This document shows positions 17,269 through 26,341 of a stretch of 64,000 nt of DNA, in pieces. The number at the start of each line of letters is the position of its first letter. Within the stretch, counting starts at the first letter, position 1. Source of the stretch: Candidatus Methylomirabilia bacterium. Lineage in GTDB: Bacteria; Methylomirabilota; Methylomirabilia; Rokubacteriales; CSP1-6. The stretch spans positions 14,883-78,882 of the forward strand of contig JBGPXN010000002.1 of the NCBI GenBank assembly GCA_041492755.1, read 5' to 3'. Under the pieces are notes generated by a model. That model was given only the letters and a program-made list of their open reading frames with translations. It searched no databases and had not been told where the DNA came from. Made by a program: the position numbers and the translations under genes.

Positions 17269-17541
17269 ATGCCGTACGCCGATCCGGATCCGACCGATCC
17301 CACCGAGCTGGTGGGCGTGGAGCTGCCGGCGCACGCGGAGGCGACGCGGGACATGGCCTGGGTCTTCGCCGAGGAGTTCGCGCGCATGGGCTTCGATGGG
17401 CGCCGGATCCTCGGGCTCTTCCGCTCGCCGTTCTACGCCGGGGCCCACCAGGCCCTGCGCGCGCTCGGCGAAGCCGAGGTCCTGGCCATCATCGAGGAGT
17501 GCGTCGGCGTCTTCGGCCGCCACGGGGAGACTCGCCTATGA
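17269..17541 (+). CDS. Small conserved-looking hypothetical protein between alpha and beta subunits
   Basis: 90-aa ORF starting 4 nt after the alpha stop. Its stop overlaps the beta start (ATGA at 17538..17541). It has normal acidic/helical composition, unlike off-frame ORFs. Confidence 0.55.
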   Translation: MPYADPDPTDPTELVGVELPAHAEATRDMAWVFAEEFARMGFDGRRILGLFRSPFYAGAHQALRALGEAEVLAIIEECVGVFGRHGETRL

Positions 17542-18803
17542 CCGCCGTCCACAACTGGCAACTCGGTCGTGAGATCGCCTACCCGTACGAGGCCGCGTAT
17601 CCCGAGCGGCAATTCGCGTTCGTCTTCAACATCAACCGCTGCATCGCCTGCCAGAGCTGCACGATGGCTTGCAAGTCCACCTGGACCTTCTCGAAGGGCC
17701 AGGAGCACATGTGGTGGGCCAACGTCGAGACCAAGCCGTACGGCGGCTACCCGATGTTCTGGGACATGAAGATCCTCCAGCTGCTCGACCGCGCGAACCC
17801 GGACGGCGTGAAGTGGACGGGCGCGCCGTCGGCCGACCGCCGGAGCCCCTACGGGACGTTCGAGGGCCGCACGGTCTTCGAGGCGCAGCGGATGCTGACG
17901 CCCGACAGCGCGCGCGTCCTCGGGTATCTCCCGACCGACGAGGAATGGAACTCGCCCAACATCTACGAGGACAACCCGGTCGGTGAGCGCGGCAAGCCCG
18001 GCGAGTTCCACCGGACCGGCGCGGTGCTGCCCGAGCACAAGACGTGGTTCTTCTACCTCGCGAGGATCTGCAACCATTGCCAGTACCCGGCGTGCCTGGC
18101 CGCCTGCCCGCGCAAGGCGATCTACAAGCGGCCCGAGGACGGCATCGTCCTCATCGACCAGGCGGAGTGCCGCGGCTACCGGAAATGCGTCGAGGCCTGC
18201 CCGTACAAGAAGTCCATGTACCGGGGCAACACGCGCGTGTCCGAGAAGTGCATCGCGTGCTACCCGCGCGTCGAGGGCAAGGACCCCGAGGCGGGCGGCG
18301 TCCCGCTCGAGACGCGCTGCATGGCGGCCTGCATCGGCCACATCCGCATGCAGGGTCTCGTGAAGCTCGACCGTGACGGCACGTGGGCGGAGGACCGCCA
18401 GCATCCGCTCTACTACCTCGTCCACGTCGCGAAGGTGGCGCTGCCGCTCTATCCGCAGTTCGGCACCGAGCCCAACGGCTACTACATCCCGCCGCGCTGG
18501 GTGCCGCGCCCCTATCTCCGCCAGATGTTCGGCCCGGGCGTGGACCAGGCGATCGAGCGCTACGAGAACCCCGACCGCGAGCTCACGGCCGTGCTCCAGC
18601 TCTTCCGCCGGTCGAACAAGATGATCTTTGGCTACAAGGTCGTGGACGGGCCCAAGATTTACGAGGGAACGCTCCGCGGGCGCACGGTCACGCTCTACAA
18701 CGACACGGTGATCGCGTACGGGAAAGACGGCAAGGAGCTCTTCCGGACGACGGTCGAGGAGCCGATCTATGTCCGCGCCGCCAAGCACGCCAACTCGATC
18801 TGA
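17538..18803 (+). CDS. Four-cluster Fe-S beta subunit (NarH/NxrB-like)
   Basis: MTAVHNWQLGREIAYPYE...FAFVFNINRCIACQSCTMACKSTW, CNHCQYPACLAACP, CRGYRKCVEACP, CIACYPR. It is 421 aa long, close to the periplasmic NxrB size class as I recall it. Confidence 0.85.
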   Translation: MTAVHNWQLGREIAYPYEAAYPERQFAFVFNINRCIACQSCTMACKSTWTFSKGQEHMWWANVETKPYGGYPMFWDMKILQLLDRANPDGVKWTGAPSADRRSPYGTFEGRTVFEAQRMLTPDSARVLGYLPTDEEWNSPNIYEDNPVGERGKPGEFHRTGAVLPEHKTWFFYLARICNHCQYPACLAACPRKAIYKRPEDGIVLIDQAECRGYRKCVEACPYKKSMYRGNTRVSEKCIACYPRVEGKDPEAGGVPLETRCMAACIGHIRMQGLVKLDRDGTWAEDRQHPLYYLVHVAKVALPLYPQFGTEPNGYYIPPRWVPRPYLRQMFGPGVDQAIERYENPDRELTAVLQLFRRSNKMIFGYKVVDGPKIYEGTLRGRTVTLYNDTVIAYGKDGKELFRTTVEEPIYVRAAKHANSI

Positions 18804-19539
18804 ACCGCCGCCGGCCGGGACCGAGCTGGCACTCTGCCGGAGCGGACTCTGGGAGGCGCTGGCGCTCGGCTTCCGTCCACCGACCTCGGAGACGGTGATC
18901 CGGCTCGCCTCTTCCGAGGGCACCCGCGCCCTGGCCGCCCTCGCCGTGACCCTCGACGCCGCCGACGGCAGCGCGCTCGGGCCGCACGCCGCGGCGCTGC
19001 CGCGTCGATCCTTGTCGGCGCTCGATCTGGGCTACGGGCGCCTCTTCGGCCACACTGCGCGGGGCGCGGTGTCGGCCTACGAGACCGAGCATGGCGAGGA
19101 CTCGATCTGGGAGCCGCAGCGCGAGATGAGTGACCTCGGCGCGTTCTACCGCGCGTTTGGCCTCCGCGTCGATCCGCGGGGGCACGAGCGCCCGGACCAC
19201 ATCGCCTGCGAGTGTGAGTTCCTGCTTGTCCTCGCGCGCCGGGACGCGCGGGCCCGGGCGCTCGGTGATGCGCCCGCGCAGGAGGCGACGTGTCGCGCGG
19301 TGCGTCTGTTTCTCCGCGACCACCTCGGACGCTGGGCGCCCGCGCTCGGCGCCCGGCTCACCCGGCTCGACCCGGAGGGCTTCTATGGCGCCCTGGGTCG
19401 ACTCCTCGCGGCGTTTGTCGTCGCCGAGTGCCGGCGCGCGGGCGTCGGCGTCGGGCCCGAGTTCCTGCGCCTGCGCTCGGCCGAGCCCGACGCGACGCCG
19501 ATGGCGTGCGGGCCACTCGCCGCCGCGCCGGAGACGTGA
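18769..19539 (+). CDS. TorD/NarJ/DmsD-family redox-enzyme maturation chaperone (delta)
   Basis: 256-aa ORF after GAGGAG. YGRLFGHTARGAVSAYETEH, PDHIACECEFLLVL and LFLRDHLGRWAP are characteristic TorD-family blocks. Confidence 0.75.
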   Translation: MSAPPSTPTRSEPPPAGTELALCRSGLWEALALGFRPPTSETVIRLASSEGTRALAALAVTLDAADGSALGPHAAALPRRSLSALDLGYGRLFGHTARGAVSAYETEHGEDSIWEPQREMSDLGAFYRAFGLRVDPRGHERPDHIACECEFLLVLARRDARARALGDAPAQEATCRAVRLFLRDHLGRWAPALGARLTRLDPEGFYGALGRLLAAFVVAECRRAGVGVGPEFLRLRSAEPDATPMACGPLAAAPET

Positions 19540-19541
19540 GC

Positions 19542-20429
19542 ATGGCGCGCCTCGAGCTCGAGTGGGATCCGGCGCTCGTGGAGGGCGCCGTCCTCGCCGC
19601 GATCAGCGGGCCGACCGAGACGCGGCGGTTCCACGCGGAGCGCGATGGGCTCTACCGGATCGCCGAGCCTGAGCCCCGCGAGGCGGCGTTCGCGGCGCTG
19701 CACGCGCGCTGGTTCGTGCGTCTCGGTCTCGGCCGGCCTTTCAGTCTGGCGCTTGCGGAGCGGCCGGAGATCGCCGAGCGCTGCGGGCGCTGGCTCGTCG
19801 CGCGCGCCCGCGCCCGGCGCGACGAAGCGGCCGATCTCCTCGTGGCCTCGGGCGTCCTTCCCACGCTGCTGGTCCGGGTCACCGCGGAGACGGTCGCGAC
19901 GGCCGGGCGACTGCAGATCCTGCTCCGCCACGAGCTGCTCTGCGTGTCCGACATGCTCGACCCGCGCTTCGCCTACGCGCCGTCCCTGCGGGAGGACGCG
20001 GCCGGTGGCGCCCGCGAGCGAGTCGTGCGCGACAACTACCGTGTCCTGTGGAGCGTATTCGTGGACGGCCGGCTCCTCCGCGCGGGCCTGGCCCCGGGCG
20101 CCGTTCGCCGCGAACGCCTGCGTGAGTTCCTCGCCGCTTTTCCGCACCTGGGCGATCGCGGCGAGGCGGCCTTCGAGCGCTTCTTCGACGGGCGGGGGCT
20201 GACCCACGCCGCTCTCCTCGCCGCGGCGGCCGGGGGCCCGGACGGCACGCCGTCGCCCCGCTGCCGGCTCTGCGATCTGCCCACACCCGAGATCGAGGCC
20301 GCCGCGGAGGCGCTGCCGCACGACGTGCTGGCCGCGATCGTGCGCGACTTCCCGTCGTGGCGTCCGGCGGACGGGGTGTGTGGTCGCTGTGCGGAGCTCT
20401 ACGCGTCACGCGTGGCGATGCGCGCCTGA
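19542..20429 (+). CDS. Hypothetical protein with C-terminal CxxC...CxxC zinc-ribbon-like motif
   Basis: ATG 19542 lies 2 nt after the chaperone stop. CRLCDLP...x36...CGRCAELY sits at the C-terminus. I do not recognise the family. Confidence 0.5.
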   Translation: MARLELEWDPALVEGAVLAAISGPTETRRFHAERDGLYRIAEPEPREAAFAALHARWFVRLGLGRPFSLALAERPEIAERCGRWLVARARARRDEAADLLVASGVLPTLLVRVTAETVATAGRLQILLRHELLCVSDMLDPRFAYAPSLREDAAGGARERVVRDNYRVLWSVFVDGRLLRAGLAPGAVRRERLREFLAAFPHLGDRGEAAFERFFDGRGLTHAALLAAAAGGPDGTPSPRCRLCDLPTPEIEAAAEALPHDVLAAIVRDFPSWRPADGVCGRCAELYASRVAMRA

Positions 20430-20456
20430 CCCCGCGCCCGATCGCGCGGCTTCTCG

Positions 20457-21371
20457 TCAGGTCGCGGAGGTCTCGCCGTGCTGGACGAGCATCACCGGGA
20501 CGCGCGTGGCTCGCTCCACGCGCTCGGCGACGCTGCCCTTGACGATGCGTTCGAGGCCGCTCCGGCGATGGCTGGCCATCGCGATCATGGCGGGGCCCGT
20601 GGCCGCGGCTTCCTTGACGATCTCGTCGGCCGGTTCGCCGAAGCGAACGGCCAGGTCGACCTCGACCCCGTACAGGCGCTCGCCGACGCGCCGCAGGTAG
20701 GCGAGCATCTCGGCCTCGACCCGGGCCGTCTCCTGATCCGCGTAGGCGATCACGCGGTCGTCGTTCGCGCGCACCTCCCCGGGCGGCTGCGCGACGAACA
20801 GCAGGCGAACGCGTGCGCCCTCGGCCCGCGCCAGCTCGCCGACAGCCGGGAGCACCGCTTCACTGCCGGCGGCCCCGTCGAGCGGGACCAGGATCGTCGG
20901 CGGAGCGGCCTCGCGCCGGTCGGCGCCGGCCACGTCCAGGCCCGGGATTCCGAGAACCGAGGCGAACGCCCGGAGCACGTCGATCTCGGTGATGATGCCG
21001 ACGAGCCGCCCGTGCTCAACCACCGGCAGGGCCCCGATCTTCTGCTCCAGCATCTGGCGTACCGCCTCGGCGAGCGGCGCCTCGGGCTCGACGATCAGCA
21101 CACGGCGGGTCATCACCTCGCCCACGGTCAGCCGCTCGAGCAGGAAGCGGATCTCGCCGACCGAGAACGACGTCGCCGGCGACGGCAGCACCGTCCGGAG
21201 ATCTCGATCGGTGATGATTCCCACCAGGCGCCCATCGTCCATCACCGGGAGATGGCGCAGGCGCCGGAGACTCATCATCTCGTGCAGACCGGCGACCGGA
21301 GTGGTCGGAGTGACGGTGATGGGCGAGGGCGTCATCCATTCCCTGATACGCATGGCGATGATCGTCGGCAT
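20457..21371 (-). CDS. CBS-pair plus universal stress protein (USP) fusion
   Basis: Start ATG 21371 (RBS GGAGGAG) or 21353. It has two CBS motifs (HLPVMDDGRLVGIITDRDL, ALPVVEHGRLVGIITEIDV) followed by a USP domain (ILVPLDGAAGSE...MIAMASHRRSGLERIVKGSVAERV). Confidence 0.8.
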   Translation of the reverse strand: MPTIIAMRIREWMTPSPITVTPTTPVAGLHEMMSLRRLRHLPVMDDGRLVGIITDRDLRTVLPSPATSFSVGEIRFLLERLTVGEVMTRRVLIVEPEAPLAEAVRQMLEQKIGALPVVEHGRLVGIITEIDVLRAFASVLGIPGLDVAGADRREAAPPTILVPLDGAAGSEAVLPAVGELARAEGARVRLLFVAQPPGEVRANDDRVIAYADQETARVEAEMLAYLRRVGERLYGVEVDLAVRFGEPADEIVKEAAATGPAMIAMASHRRSGLERIVKGSVAERVERATRVPVMLVQHGETSAT

Positions 21372-21430
21372 CGGGCTCCTCCTCGCGCCACATCCTGCGC
21401 GAGCCGGGTGGTGCGCGGATATGACGGCGA

Positions 21431-22555
21431 TCATACATCCTCGAGGAGCAGGAGGGACGGCAAGCTCACCGCGCCTTCGCCGATCGACGCGGCGACCGCG
21501 GGGTGCACGATCTTCCCGCGCCACACGTTGACGCCGGCGGCCAGGGCGGCGTCGCGTCGGACGGCCTCGACCAGCCCGTGGTCGGCGATCGCCATGACGT
21601 AGGGCGCCGTCGCGTTCGTCAGCGCGAAGGTCGACGTGCGCGGCACCAGCGCCGGCATGTTCGCGACGCCGTAGTGCACGACGCCGCCGACCCGGTACAC
21701 CGGCTCCATCAGCGTGGTCGGGTGGATCGTCTCCACGCATCCTCCCTGATCCACCGCGACGTCCACGATGACCGCGCCTTCTTTCATCTGCCGCACCATG
21801 GCTTCGGTCACCAGCACTGGCGCCCGCGCGCCCGTGACCAGCACGGCGCCGATCAGCAGATCGGCGCGCTGGATGACGCGCTCGAGGTTGTACCGGCTCG
21901 AGTACAGCGTCACGATCTGGCCGCGGAAGAGGTCGTCGCAGTCGCGAAGCCGGTCGAGACGCAGATCGACGATCGACACGTCCGCGCCGAGGCCGACCGC
22001 CGTCTTCGCGGCGTTCACGCCCACGGTGCCCGCGCCCAGGATCACGACGTTGCCGCGGGGCACGCCGGGGACGCCCGAGAGCAGGATGCCGCGGCCGCCG
22101 TGGGCGCGCCCGAGGTAGAACGCGCCCTCCTGCACGGCCAGCCGCCCGGCCACTTCGCTCATCGGCGTGAGCAGCGGAAGGCTGCCGTCCGGCAGCTGCA
22201 CGGTCTCGTACGCGATCGCGATCACGTCGGCCTTCTGCAGGGCCCGGGTGAGCTGGGGGTCCGGCGCGAGGTGCAGGTACGTGAAGAGCACCTGGCCCGA
22301 GCGCATCCGCGGCCATTCCGCCGGCAGCGGCTCTTTCACCTTGAGCACGAGATCGGCTTGCGCCCAGACCGCGTCGATGCTCGCCAGGGTGGCGCCGACG
22401 TGCGTGTACTCGTCGTCGCGGATCGCGCTGCCTTCGCCCGCGCTGCGCTCGACGACGACCCGGTGGCCGTGCTCGATCAGCTCGGCGGCGCCGCTCGGAG
22501 CGAGCGCAATCCGCTGCTCGCCCGGCTTGATCTCCCGCGGGACTCCGACGACCAT
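21431..22555 (-). CDS. ald: Alanine dehydrogenase
   Basis: [20 protein letters not shown]..., [23 protein letters not shown] Rossmann motif and 374 aa, typical of Ald. Confidence 0.9.
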   Translation of the reverse strand: MVVGVPREIKPGEQRIALAPSGAAELIEHGHRVVVERSAGEGSAIRDDEYTHVGATLASIDAVWAQADLVLKVKEPLPAEWPRMRSGQVLFTYLHLAPDPQLTRALQKADVIAIAYETVQLPDGSLPLLTPMSEVAGRLAVQEGAFYLGRAHGGRGILLSGVPGVPRGNVVILGAGTVGVNAAKTAVGLGADVSIVDLRLDRLRDCDDLFRGQIVTLYSSRYNLERVIQRADLLIGAVLVTGARAPVLVTEAMVRQMKEGAVIVDVAVDQGGCVETIHPTTLMEPVYRVGGVVHYGVANMPALVPRTSTFALTNATAPYVMAIADHGLVEAVRRDAALAAGVNVWRGKIVHPAVAASIGEGAVSLPSLLLLEDV

Positions 22556-22572
22556 CGTTCGCGCGCCTCGGG

Positions 22573-23028
22573 TCAGCGCCCGGCCCGACCGCGTACGGTC
22601 AGGACGGGGCAGGGCGCCGTGCCCACCACGCGTTCCGCCACGCTCCCCAGGAACACTCGGGCCAGACCCGTCCGGCCGTGCGTGCCCATGACGATCACGT
22701 CGGCACGCTGGGACTTGGCGGCCCTGGCGATCTGGGTCGCCGCGACGCCCTCGAGCAGCAGGCCGCGCGCGCGAGTCCCGGCTTTGCGCGCGCGGGCCAC
22801 GGCCGCGTCGAGCTGCGTCTGGCCCTGCGCACGTGCCGCCCGCTGCACTTCGTCGAACGCCGCCGGCGAGACGTAGCCTTCGCCGATCATCGGTACGACG
22901 ACGGCCAGCGCGTGCACGATCAGGAGCTCGGCCTTGTCTCGGCGTGCCACTTCGATCGCGCAGTCGAATGCCCGGCGGCTCGCCGGCGAGAAGTCGGTCG
23001 GATGCAGAACGCGCCGGATCTTCATCAT
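22573..23028 (-). CDS. Universal stress protein
   Basis: RBS AGGAGG. ILHPTDFS...LIVHAL...VIVMGTHGRTGLARVFLGSVAERV is the USP signature. Confidence 0.85.
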   Translation of the reverse strand: MMKIRRVLHPTDFSPASRRAFDCAIEVARRDKAELLIVHALAVVVPMIGEGYVSPAAFDEVQRAARAQGQTQLDAAVARARKAGTRARGLLLEGVAATQIARAAKSQRADVIVMGTHGRTGLARVFLGSVAERVVGTAPCPVLTVRGRAGR

Positions 23029-23084
23029 CGTTGGCCTCCTTCAGCCCTGGCGTTGGCTACGAGTTAACATCGCGTCGCCACGTC

Positions 23085-24232
23085 ATGTCCAGACTGCTCC
23101 CTATCGTGGTCGCCCTCGTCATCGTCCACGGGCTCGTGCTGGCGTCGCTCCGCCCGTACGGCGGCAATCTCTCGGCGATGATGCGCATCGGCGAGAGCGA
23201 GGAGCGCGAGCAGGTCGTGCGCGAGTACTTCCAGCCGGGATTCGTGATCTTCACCGGCGAGGGTGGGTACGACGGTCAGGCCTACTACTACGTCGCGATG
23301 GACCCGCTCGCGACGAAGGGGCTGTATCGCAATCCCTATCGGTACCAGCGCATCCTCTATCCGCTCGTGGCCCGGGGGTTGGCCCTGGGCCAGCCGCGGC
23401 TGCTGCCGCTCACGCTGTACCTCGCCAACCTCCTGGCCCTCGCGGCCGGCATGGCCGTGATGATCACGTTACTCCGCGGCCAGGGACGGTCGCCGTGGTG
23501 GAGCCTGTTCGCCGGCCTCTGCCCGGCCGCGATCATGACGATCCAGTACGATTTGCCCTCGCCGCTGGCGATCGCGTTGCTGCTCGGCGCGGTCGCCGCC
23601 TACGGGCGCGACAGAGTCGTCGTCGCGAGCGGGCTCATCGCGCTCGCGTTTCTCACGCGCGAGGACGCCGTGATGGTGCTGGTGCCGCTGCTGGCGTGGG
23701 AGGTGTGGGCGCACCGCTCGCGGCGTCGGGCGGCGATGCTCGCGGCGTCGGTGACGCCGTTCGTGGCGTGGCAGGCGTTCGTGACGTCCCGCCGGGGGGC
23801 GTGCCCGCCGCCGAGTCATTGGCCGTTATCCAGCCGGTCCCGTTCGCGGGTCTCGCCGGCTACTTCGCGAGCCTGCGCGGCAACGCGGGCGCGACGGCGT
23901 GGCTCAAGCACGCGGCGGTGCTTGCCGTCGCGTGCTTCCTGCTCGCCGTGGGCGTGATCGTCCTGCGCCGGCTTCGTCGCGCGCCGCACCTCTACTACGT
24001 CCTGGCGGCCGCGTACCCGCTGCTCGCGGTCTTCACGGTGCCGTCGCAGTGGGACAACTACAACGGCCTGCTGCGCCTGTTCTACGGGCTCTTCCCGTTC
24101 CTGACCCTCGCCTACGGGGTCGAGCGCGCGCGCTCGGTACAGTACGCCGTGTTCGCCATCGCGGTGTTGAGTATGCTCGCCGCCCTGCGTGTGCTGCTCG
24201 TCAGTCCGGTCTACCCGTTCAGGATCGCCTGA
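23085..24232 (+). CDS. Polytopic membrane protein (glycopolymer/glycosyltransferase-like), apparent -1 frameshift in G6 run 23794..23799
   Basis: ATG 23085. It has many TM helices and a GEGGYDGQAYYYVAMDP motif. The frame switches from the 22833 ORF to the 22934 ORF exactly at CGGGGGGC, and one extra G restores ...QAFVTSRRGGVPAAESLAVIQPVPFAGL... Confidence 0.6.
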
Positions 24233-24263
24233 GCGCTTCGAGTCGGACGGTGGCACTCGTGGC

Positions 24264-25556
24264 TCAGGCGGCGCCGTCCCGGCCGACGCCATCCCGCGCC
24301 GCGCCGTCGCGCGCCACGCCGTCGCCCGCCACGACGTCGCGGGGGGCGGCGTTGCGGGCCGCGCCGTCGGGTATCGAGCGCTCGGCGGAATCTTGGTCGC
24401 GATCCAGGCCGTACTCTTCGATCTTCGAGAGCAGCGATTTGTAGCTGATTTCCAGGATTCGCGCGGCCCGCGTGCGGTTCCAACGGACGCGGCCCAGTAC
24501 CTCGTGGATGACGGCGCGTTCGGCCGCGCGCGCGGCCTGGCGCGCCACCTGCTTGAGCCCGCCCGGCACGTCGATGATGAGTCCGAGGTCGTCGGACGAG
24601 GTCTTCGCGGGCCGCTCGGTCCGGATTCGCGTGAGCAGCTCCGTGTGCACGGCGGCGGCTCCGTCGAGGACGACCATGCGCCGGACGACGTTCTCGAGCT
24701 CGCGCACGTTGCCGGGCCAGCCGTACGTGGCAAAGACCTCCAGCGTCTCGGGAGGGATCATGACCTTGCGGCCGTACTCCGCGTTGAAGCGCTCCAGGAA
24801 GTGCGCGGCCAGCACGGGGATCTCGTCGCGCCGCTCGCGGAGCGGCGGCACGTGGATCTCGATGACCTTGAGGCGGAAGTAGAGGTCCTCACGGAACTCG
24901 CCGTCGCGCATGGCGGATTCGAGATCGCGGTTCGTGGCGGCGATGAGGTGGACGTCGACTTCCACCGGTTGGTCGCCGCCCACGCGGCAGAACCGGCCGT
25001 CCTGCAACACGTGGAGCAGCTTGGCCTGGAGCGCGGGGGCCAGCTCGCCAATCTCGTCCAGGAGCAAGGTGCCCCGGTGGGCGACCTCGAACTTCCCCTG
25101 ACGACGGCGATGGGCCCCGGTGAACGCCCCCTTCTCGTGGCCGAACAGCTCCGACTCCAGCAGCTCGGCCGGCAGCGCTGCGCAGTTGACCTTCACGAAC
25201 GGCTGACCCGCGCGCGGTGACGCGCGATGGATGGCGTGCGCGACGACTTCCTTGCCTACGCCGCTCTCGCCCCGGAGCAGGACGGTGGCGCTCGCGCGGG
25301 CGACCTTGCCGATCAGCTCGCGCAGGCCGCGGAGCGCGCGGCTCTCCCGCACCCAGGCGCCGTCGCCGACGACGGAGGCGAGCCAGACGGCGCCGACACT
25401 GGACCACGCGCCGAGCGACCGCCGGACGGCGCTGACGGCGGCGAGGGCTTGCGGATCGCCCACGACGTGCTCGATGACGCGCCTGGTGACGAAGACCATC
25501 GGGATTGCGGCCGCGGCGAGGCCGCAGCGGAGCCACAAACGGGAACGCGTGTTCAT
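24264..25556 (-). CDS. Sigma54-dependent transcriptional activator (bEBP), no receiver domain
   Basis: AAA+ core with Walker A GESGVGKE, the GAFTGA motif (HEKGAFTGA) and a C-terminal Fis-type HTH ([19 protein letters not shown]). The ~95-aa N-terminus has two hydrophobic segments, and the C-terminal tail carries ARDG repeats. Confidence 0.85.
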   Translation of the reverse strand: MNTRSRLWLRCGLAAAAIPMVFVTRRVIEHVVGDPQALAAVSAVRRSLGAWSSVGAVWLASVVGDGAWVRESRALRGLRELIGKVARASATVLLRGESGVGKEVVAHAIHRASPRAGQPFVKVNCAALPAELLESELFGHEKGAFTGAHRRRQGKFEVAHRGTLLLDEIGELAPALQAKLLHVLQDGRFCRVGGDQPVEVDVHLIAATNRDLESAMRDGEFREDLYFRLKVIEIHVPPLRERRDEIPVLAAHFLERFNAEYGRKVMIPPETLEVFATYGWPGNVRELENVVRRMVVLDGAAAVHTELLTRIRTERPAKTSSDDLGLIIDVPGGLKQVARQAARAAERAVIHEVLGRVRWNRTRAARILEISYKSLLSKIEEYGLDRDQDSAERSIPDGAARNAAPRDVVAGDGVARDGAARDGVGRDGAA

Positions 25557-25718
25557 CCTTGGTTCACCCCCGTGTCGGTGAGACGGGTGCGGGCGCTGGT
25601 GGCATTCGAGTCGAGGAGTCGTGTGAGGAGAAATTGCATTGCAGGAATTGCCGTGACGGGCGATGACGCGAGCGATGGTTCCTGGACGGGGCCGATCGCC
25701 GGGCGTACGCTGCCAAGC

Positions 25719-26117
25719 ATGAGGCGGATGCCACCGTCCATCGTCGGCGTCCTGCTCCTACTCGTTGTTTACGTGGTGATGGCCACCGCTCATCAGCAGC
25801 TCAAACCCCTCGTGACCGGCTGGGAACAGTTCTTCAAATTGGAATGGGAAGCCGCCGAGCGGAAGGGCAAACCGATCGTCCGCGGGTACATCAAGAACGA
25901 GTCGGGCATGACTGCTGCCAACGTCCGCCTTCTCGTCGACGGGCTGGATCCCTCCGGCCAGGTGGTCAGCCAGACGGTGGGCTGGCTCGGGACCGACCTC
26001 ACCCCCGGCACGCGAGCGTACCTCGAAGTGCCGGTGGAGCGGCCCGCGCCGGCCTACCGGGTCAGCGTCTTTTCCTTCGACTTCGTCCAGCACGGCGGTC
26101 CGCGCCGCCGCTTTTGA
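25719..26117 (+). CDS. Small membrane-anchored hypothetical protein
   Basis: ATG 25719. It has one N-terminal TM helix ([15 protein letters not shown]) followed by a beta-rich ~100-aa domain. I am not confident of the family. Confidence 0.5.
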   Translation: MRRMPPSIVGVLLLLVVYVVMATAHQQLKPLVTGWEQFFKLEWEAAERKGKPIVRGYIKNESGMTAANVRLLVDGLDPSGQVVSQTVGWLGTDLTPGTRAYLEVPVERPAPAYRVSVFSFDFVQHGGPRRRF

Positions 26118-26245
26118 GTACATGGGGGGCCCCGATATGGCCCCCCCTACCCCCATCGCTCGGACGCGCCCCGGGAAACCCGGGGCGCGCCTCGACATCC
26201 GCGGCGGAGCCGTGGCGCTCCTCGAATTCCCTCACACCCCCTGAG
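26115..26245. repeat. Intergenic repeat element copy B
   Basis: TGAGTACATGGGGGGCCCCGATATGGCCCCCCC...GCGCCCCGGG-AAA-CCCGGGGCGC...GGAGCGCC-N13-GGCGCTCC...TTCCCTCACACCCCCTGAG. This is the second copy of the element at 11845..11995. Confidence 0.85.
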
Positions 26246-26341
26246 TCCCGCCCGGGCCTTCGTGGGCGCGGGTCGCCGTCTGGACAGCCGCGCCCATCCC
26301 CACTACCTTCTTTGGGGCCCCCCATTCAAGGAGACATCGCG

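Noticed and set aside
13896-17387. Very long ORFs antisense to, or out of frame with, recognisable genes. Examples: 2020..3915(-), 13896..17387(-), 26303..27898(-), 41453..43261(+), 45126..46802(+), 47639..49492(-), 49773..51419(+), 52683..55037(-), 58427..63031(-), 12936..13817 and 2439..3890 (+ off-frame leaders).
   Set aside because: These are typical high-GC shadow ORFs. Their translations are dominated by Arg/Gly/Pro/Ala/His runs with no motifs. Each one overlaps an ORF with clear family signatures, signal peptides or RBS-supported starts.
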